UHGV virus genome: UHGV-0299297
DNA from: a virus
Strand: one strand, 5' to 3'
Length of the DNA: 10,708 nt
The translations under genes and the position numbers were made by a program. This document shows, in pieces, positions 6,992 to 10,708 of this stretch (position 1 is its first letter; every line of letters starts with the position of its first letter). The notes beneath the pieces were generated by a model. That model had not been told where the DNA came from. It was given only the letters and a program-made list of their open reading frames with translations, and searched no databases.

Positions 6992-7010
6992 TAACCACGG
7001 AGTTAAACGG

Positions 7011-8201
7011 ATGAGTGACTATCATCACGGCGTGCAGGTGCTGGAGATTAACGACGGCACCCGCGTCATTTCCACCGTATCCACTGCCATTGTCGGCATG
7101 GTCTGCACGGCCAGCGATGCGGATGCGGAAACCTTCCCCCTCAATAAACCTGTGCTGATTACCAATGTGCAGAGCGCAATTGCAAAGGCCGGTAAAAAAG
7201 GCACGCTGGCGGCGTCGCTGCAGGCCATCGCTGACCAGTCAAAACCGGTCACCGTTGTCGTGCGTGTGGAAGACGGCACCGGCGACGACGAAGAAACGAA
7301 ACTCGCGCAGACCGTTTCCAATATCATCGGCACCACTGACGAAAACGGTCAGTATACCGGACTGAAAGCCCTGCTGGCGGCAGAGTCGGTAACCGGTGTT
7401 AAACCGCGTATTCTCGGTGTGCCGGGACTGGACACCAAAGAGGTGGCTGTTGCACTGGCATCAGTCTGCCAGAAGCTGCGCGCTTTCGGGTATATCAGCG
7501 CATGGGGCTGTAAAACCATTTCCGAGGTGAAAGCCTACCGCCAGAATTTCAGTCAGCGTGAGCTGATGGTCATCTGGCCGGATTTCCTCGCATGGGATAC
7601 GGTCACCAGTACCACCGCCACCGCGTATGCCACCGCCCGTGCGCTGGGTCTGCGTGCCAGAATCGACCAGGAGCAGGGCTGGCATAAAACGCTGTCCAAC
7701 GTCGGGGTAAACGGTGTTACCGGCATCAGCGCGTCCGTATTCTGGGATTTGCAGGAGTCCGGTACCGATGCTGACCTGCTTAACGAGTCTGGCGTCACAA
7801 CGCTGATTCGACGCGACGGTTTCCGATTCTGGGGTAACCGTACCTGCTCTGATGACCCGCTGTTCCTCTTTGAAAACTACACCCGCACCGCGCAGGTGCT
7901 GGCCGACACGATGGCTGAGGCGCACATGTGGGCGGTGGACAAGCCCATCACCGCAACGCTGATTCGCGACATCGTTGACGGCATCAATGCCAAATTCCGT
8001 GAGCTGAAAACAAACGGCTATATCGTGGATGCGACCTGCTGGTTCAGCGAAGAATCCAACGATGCGGAAACCCTTAAGGCCGGAAAACTGTATATCGACT
8101 ACGACTATACCCCGGTGCCTCCTCTTGAAAACCTGACCCTGCGCCAGCGTATTACCGATAAATACCTGGCAAATCTGGTCACCTCGGTTAACAGCAATTA
8201 A
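7011..8201 (+). CDS. FI: Contractile tail sheath protein gpFI
   Basis: 396 aa, the P2 FI length. Sequence is recognisably P2 FI-like from the N-terminus (MSDYHHGVQVLEIN...) to the C-terminus. GGAG ribosome binding site 8 nt upstream. Confidence 0.95.
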   Translation: MSDYHHGVQVLEINDGTRVISTVSTAIVGMVCTASDADAETFPLNKPVLITNVQSAIAKAGKKGTLAASLQAIADQSKPVTVVVRVEDGTGDDEETKLAQTVSNIIGTTDENGQYTGLKALLAAESVTGVKPRILGVPGLDTKEVAVALASVCQKLRAFGYISAWGCKTISEVKAYRQNFSQRELMVIWPDFLAWDTVTSTTATAYATARALGLRARIDQEQGWHKTLSNVGVNGVTGISASVFWDLQESGTDADLLNESGVTTLIRRDGFRFWGNRTCSDDPLFLFENYTRTAQVLADTMAEAHMWAVDKPITATLIRDIVDGINAKFRELKTNGYIVDATCWFSEESNDAETLKAGKLYIDYDYTPVPPLENLTLRQRITDKYLANLVTSVNSN

Positions 8202-8213
8202 GGAGCCTGACCG

Positions 8214-8732
8214 ATGGCAATGCCGCGCAAACTCAAGTTAATGAACGTCTTTCTGAACGGCTACAGCTATCAGGGCGTTGCAAAGTCCGTCACGCTGCCA
8301 AAACTGACCCGTAAGCTCGAAAACTATCGCGGTGCGGGGATGAACGGCAGCGCACCGGTAGACCTCGGCCTTGATGACGATGCGCTGTCAATGGAGTGGT
8401 CGCTCGGGGGCTTCCCGGATTCGGTTATCTGGGAGCTTTACGCCGCAACCGGTGTGGATGCTGTGCCGATTCGTTTTGCAGGCTCTTACCAGCGTGACGA
8501 TACCGGCGAAACGGTGGCCGTCGAAGTGGTCATGCGTGGACGTCAGAAAGAAATCGACACCGGCGAGGGTAAACAGGGAGAAGACACCGAGTCGAAAATC
8601 TCCGTGGTCTGCACCTATTTCCGGCTGACGATGGACGGTAAGGAGCTGGTCGAAATCGACACCATCAACATGATTGAGAAGGTGAATGGCGTCGACCGGC
8701 TGGAGCAACACCGCCGCAATATCGGCCTGTGA
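8214..8732 (+). CDS. FII: Tail tube protein gpFII
   Basis: 172 aa, the P2 FII length. AGGAG ribosome binding site at 8201-8205. Directly follows the sheath gene. Confidence 0.95.
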   Translation: MAMPRKLKLMNVFLNGYSYQGVAKSVTLPKLTRKLENYRGAGMNGSAPVDLGLDDDALSMEWSLGGFPDSVIWELYAATGVDAVPIRFAGSYQRDDTGETVAVEVVMRGRQKEIDTGEGKQGEDTESKISVVCTYFRLTMDGKELVEIDTINMIEKVNGVDRLEQHRRNIGL

Positions 8733-8739
8733 TTTTCAT

Positions 8740-8760
8740 CCGGTCAGCCAGGCTGACCGG
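8740..8760 (+). promoter_or_regulatory. Perfect 21-nt palindrome (CCGGTCAGCC-A-GGCTGACCGG) between FII and E; candidate attenuator or RNA processing hairpin
   Basis: Read directly, 8 nt after the FII stop. It is followed only by TT, so it is at most a weak terminator. Confidence 0.35.
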
Positions 8761-8788
8761 TTAACCCTGATTCAGAAGTGAGAAAACC

Positions 8789-9064
8789 ATGAACAAAGAA
8801 AATGTCATTACCCTGGACAATCCGGTCAAGCGTGGTGAGCAGGTCATCGAACAGGTCACGCTGATGAAACCTAACGCCGGGACGCTGCGCGGTGTCAGTC
8901 TGGCAGCGGTCGCGAACTCCGAAGTCGATGCACTGATTAAGGTGCTGCCGCGCATGACGGCACCGATGCTGACCGAGCAGGAAGTCGCCGCGCTGGAACT
9001 GCCTGACCTTGTGGCGCTGGCCGGTAAGGTGGTCGGTTTTTTGTCGCCGAACTCGGTGCAGTGA
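8789..9064 (+). CDS. E: Tail assembly chaperone gpE (functional analogue of lambda G)
   Basis: 91 aa ORF in the conserved position between FII and T. It contains the slippery heptamer near its 3' end. Confidence 0.85.
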   Translation: MNKENVITLDNPVKRGEQVIEQVTLMKPNAGTLRGVSLAAVANSEVDALIKVLPRMTAPMLTEQEVAALELPDLVALAGKVVGFLSPNSVQ

Positions 9065-9216
9065 CGTTTCCAAAAAATCTCTCGGTCGATGACCTGATGG
9101 CGGATGTGGCAGTGATATTTCACTGGCCGCCATCAGAACTGTATCCCATGAGCCTGACCGAACTCATCACATGGCGCGAAAAGGCGCTCCGGCGAAGCGG
9201 AAACACGAATGAGTAA
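8789..9216 (+). CDS. E': E+E' frameshift fusion product (tail assembly chaperone, analogue of lambda GT)
   Basis: A -1 shift at 9037-9043 extends E by 57 codons (VAELGAVTFPKNLSVDDLMADVAVIFHWPPSELYPMSLTELITWREKALRRSGNTNE). Its stop at 9214-9216 overlaps the T start. This is the conserved arrangement ahead of the tape measure gene. Confidence 0.75.
9037..9043 (+). other. Programmed -1 ribosomal frameshift site, slippery heptamer T_TTT_TTG
   Basis: In the E zero frame the codons are GGT TTT TTG. The -1 frame is open from 9043 to the TAA at 9214-9216. Confidence 0.7.
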
Positions 9217-10708
9217 CAATGTAAAATTACAGGTATTGCTCAGGGCTGTTGACCAGGCATCCCGCCCGTTTAAATCCATCCGCACAGCGAGCAAATCGCT
9301 GTCGGGGGATATCCGGGAAACACAAAAATCACTGCGCGAGCTGAACGGTCACGCATCCCGTATTGAGGGATTCCGCAAGACCAGTGCACAGCTCACCGTG
9401 ACTGGTCATGCACTTGAAAAGGCACGGCAGGAAGCCGAAGCCCTTGCCACACAGTTTAAAAACACCGAACGTCCGACCCGTGCTCAGGCGAAAGTGCTGG
9501 AATCCGCAAAGCGTGCGGCGGAGGACTTACAGGCGAAATATAACCGCCTGACGGATTCCGTTAAACGCCAGCAACGGGAACTGGCCGTTGTGGGAATTAA
9601 TACCCGCAATCTTGCACATGATGAGCAGGGACTGAAAAACCGTATCAGTGAAACCACCGCACAACTTAACCGTCAGCGTGACGCGCTGGCGCGTGTCAGT
9701 GCGCAACAGGCAAAACTTAACGCAGTAAAACAGCGTTATCAGGCCGGAAAGGAACTGGCCGGAAATATGGCCTCGGTAGGCGCTGCCGGTGTGGGGATTG
9801 CGGCGGCGGGAACTATGGCCGGAGTTAAGCTGCTGATGCCCGGTTATGAGTTTGCGCAGAAAAACTCAGAATTGCAGGCCGTGCTAGGAGTGGCAAAAGA
9901 CTCCGCCGAAATGACCGCACTCCGCAAGCAGGCGCGCCAGCTCGGCGACAATACCGCAGCCTCGGCAGATGATGCAGCCGGTGCACAGATTATCATTGCG
10001 AAAGCGGGTGGAGATGCTGCGGCTATTCAGGCGGCAACGCCGGTCACGCTGAATATGGCACTGGCGAACCGCCGCACGATGGAAGAAAACGCCGCCCTGC
10101 TGATGGGGATGAAATCCGCCTTTCAGCTTTCAAACGATAAGGTCGCTCATATCGGGGATGTTCTCTCCATGACGATGAACAAAACCGCCGCCGATTTTGA
10201 CGGCATGAGCGATGCGCTGACCTATGCCGCACCTGTGGCAAAAAATGCCGGTGTCAGCATTGAAGAAACCGCCGCAATGGTCGGGGCGCTGCATGATGCA
10301 AAAATTACCGGTTCAATGGCGGGGACGGGAAGCCGTGCCGTGTTAAGTCGCCTGCAGGCACCGACGGGAAAAGCATGGGATGCACTCAAAGAGCTTGGTG
10401 TGAAAACCTCAGACAGTAAGGGGAATACCCGACCAGTATTTACCATTCTGAAAGAAATGCAGGCCAGTTTTGAGAAAAACCGGCTCGGTACTGCCCAGCA
10501 GGCTGAATACATGAAAACTATTTTCGGGGAGGAGGCCAGCTCAGCCGCCGCCGTGCTGATGACTGCCGCCTCAACCGGAAAGCTGGACAAACTGACTGCT
10601 GCGTTTAAAGCCTCAGACGGGAAGACCGCCGAGCTGGTAAATATCATGCAGGATAACCTCGGCGGCGACTTTAAATCGTTTCAGTCAGCGTATCAGGCTG
10701 TTGGCACT
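9209..10708 (+). CDS. T: Tail tape measure protein gpT, N-terminal 500 codons; 3' end beyond the window
   Basis: ATG at 9209 (MSNNVKLQVLLRAV...). The frame is open for 1500 nt to the window end. Alanine- and glutamine-rich with helical character, typical of tape measure proteins. Directly follows E/E'. Confidence 0.9.
   Translation, partial: MSNNVKLQVLLRAVDQASRPFKSIRTASKSLSGDIRETQKSLRELNGHASRIEGFRKTSAQLTVTGHALEKARQEAEALATQFKNTERPTRAQAKVLESAKRAAEDLQAKYNRLTDSVKRQQRELAVVGINTRNLAHDEQGLKNRISETTAQLNRQRDALARVSAQQAKLNAVKQRYQAGKELAGNMASVGAAGVGIAAAGTMAGVKLLMPGYEFAQKNSELQAVLGVAKDSAEMTALRKQARQLGDNTAASADDAAGAQIIIAKAGGDAAAIQAATPVTLNMALANRRTMEENAALLMGMKSAFQLSNDKVAHIGDVLSMTMNKTAADFDGMSDALTYAAPVAKNAGVSIEETAAMVGALHDAKITGSMAGTGSRAVLSRLQAPTGKAWDALKELGVKTSDSKGNTRPVFTILKEMQASFEKNRLGTAQQAEYMKTIFGEEASSAAAVLMTAASTGKLDKLTAAFKASDGKTAELVNIMQDNLGGDFKSFQSAYQAVGT

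Noticed and set aside
6916-7010. Ogr-type late promoter dyad (TGT-N12-ACA) upstream of FI
   Set aside because: I looked for the dyad in the ~95 nt before the FI start and found no exact match. A late promoter is expected here from P2 biology but cannot be placed from sequence alone.
7461-7925. 154-aa and 81-aa minus-strand ORFs inside FI
   Set aside because: Antisense to the highly conserved sheath gene.
8744-9133. Minus-strand ORFs of 129 and 120 aa overlapping E and E'
   Set aside because: Antisense to the frameshift chaperone region. The plus-strand E/E' arrangement is conserved and explains the sequence.
10222-10647. 141-aa minus-strand ORF inside T
   Set aside because: Antisense to the tape measure gene. 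Ala/Ser-rich shadow frame.
1-10708. CRISPR arrays, tRNA or rRNA genes, insertion sequences, integrase or attachment sites
   Set aside because: No short regularly spaced direct repeats, no cloverleaf-like candidates in the few intergenic stretches, and no transposase or integrase-like ORFs. The window is densely packed with tail genes.

Overview
The window is almost entirely the late (lysis and tail morphogenesis) region of a P2-like (Peduovirus-type) prophage of an enterobacterium, all on the + strand: lysA (rearranged), lysB with embedded lysC, R, S, V, W, J, I, tail fiber H, tail fiber assembly G, a 320-bp intergenic gap, sheath FI, tube FII, chaperone E with its -1 frameshift extension E', and the 5' 1.5 kb of tape measure T running off the right edge. 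Gene calls rest on conserved P2 gene order, recognisable protein sequences, ribosome binding sites and ATGA-type start/stop overlaps; nothing was searched against a database. I found no large undescribed multi-gene system. The most unusual structure is a perfect 132-bp inverted repeat at the left edge (1-132 versus 298-429) that splits lysA, which is either an assembly foldback artifact or a real inversion breakpoint. The G-FI gap, which is the Z/fun cargo position in P2, is essentially empty here: it holds a forward intrinsic terminator and one doubtful 66-codon antisense ORF. The tail fiber H is mosaic, with 132-bp tandem repeats and a glycine-rich C-terminal domain.
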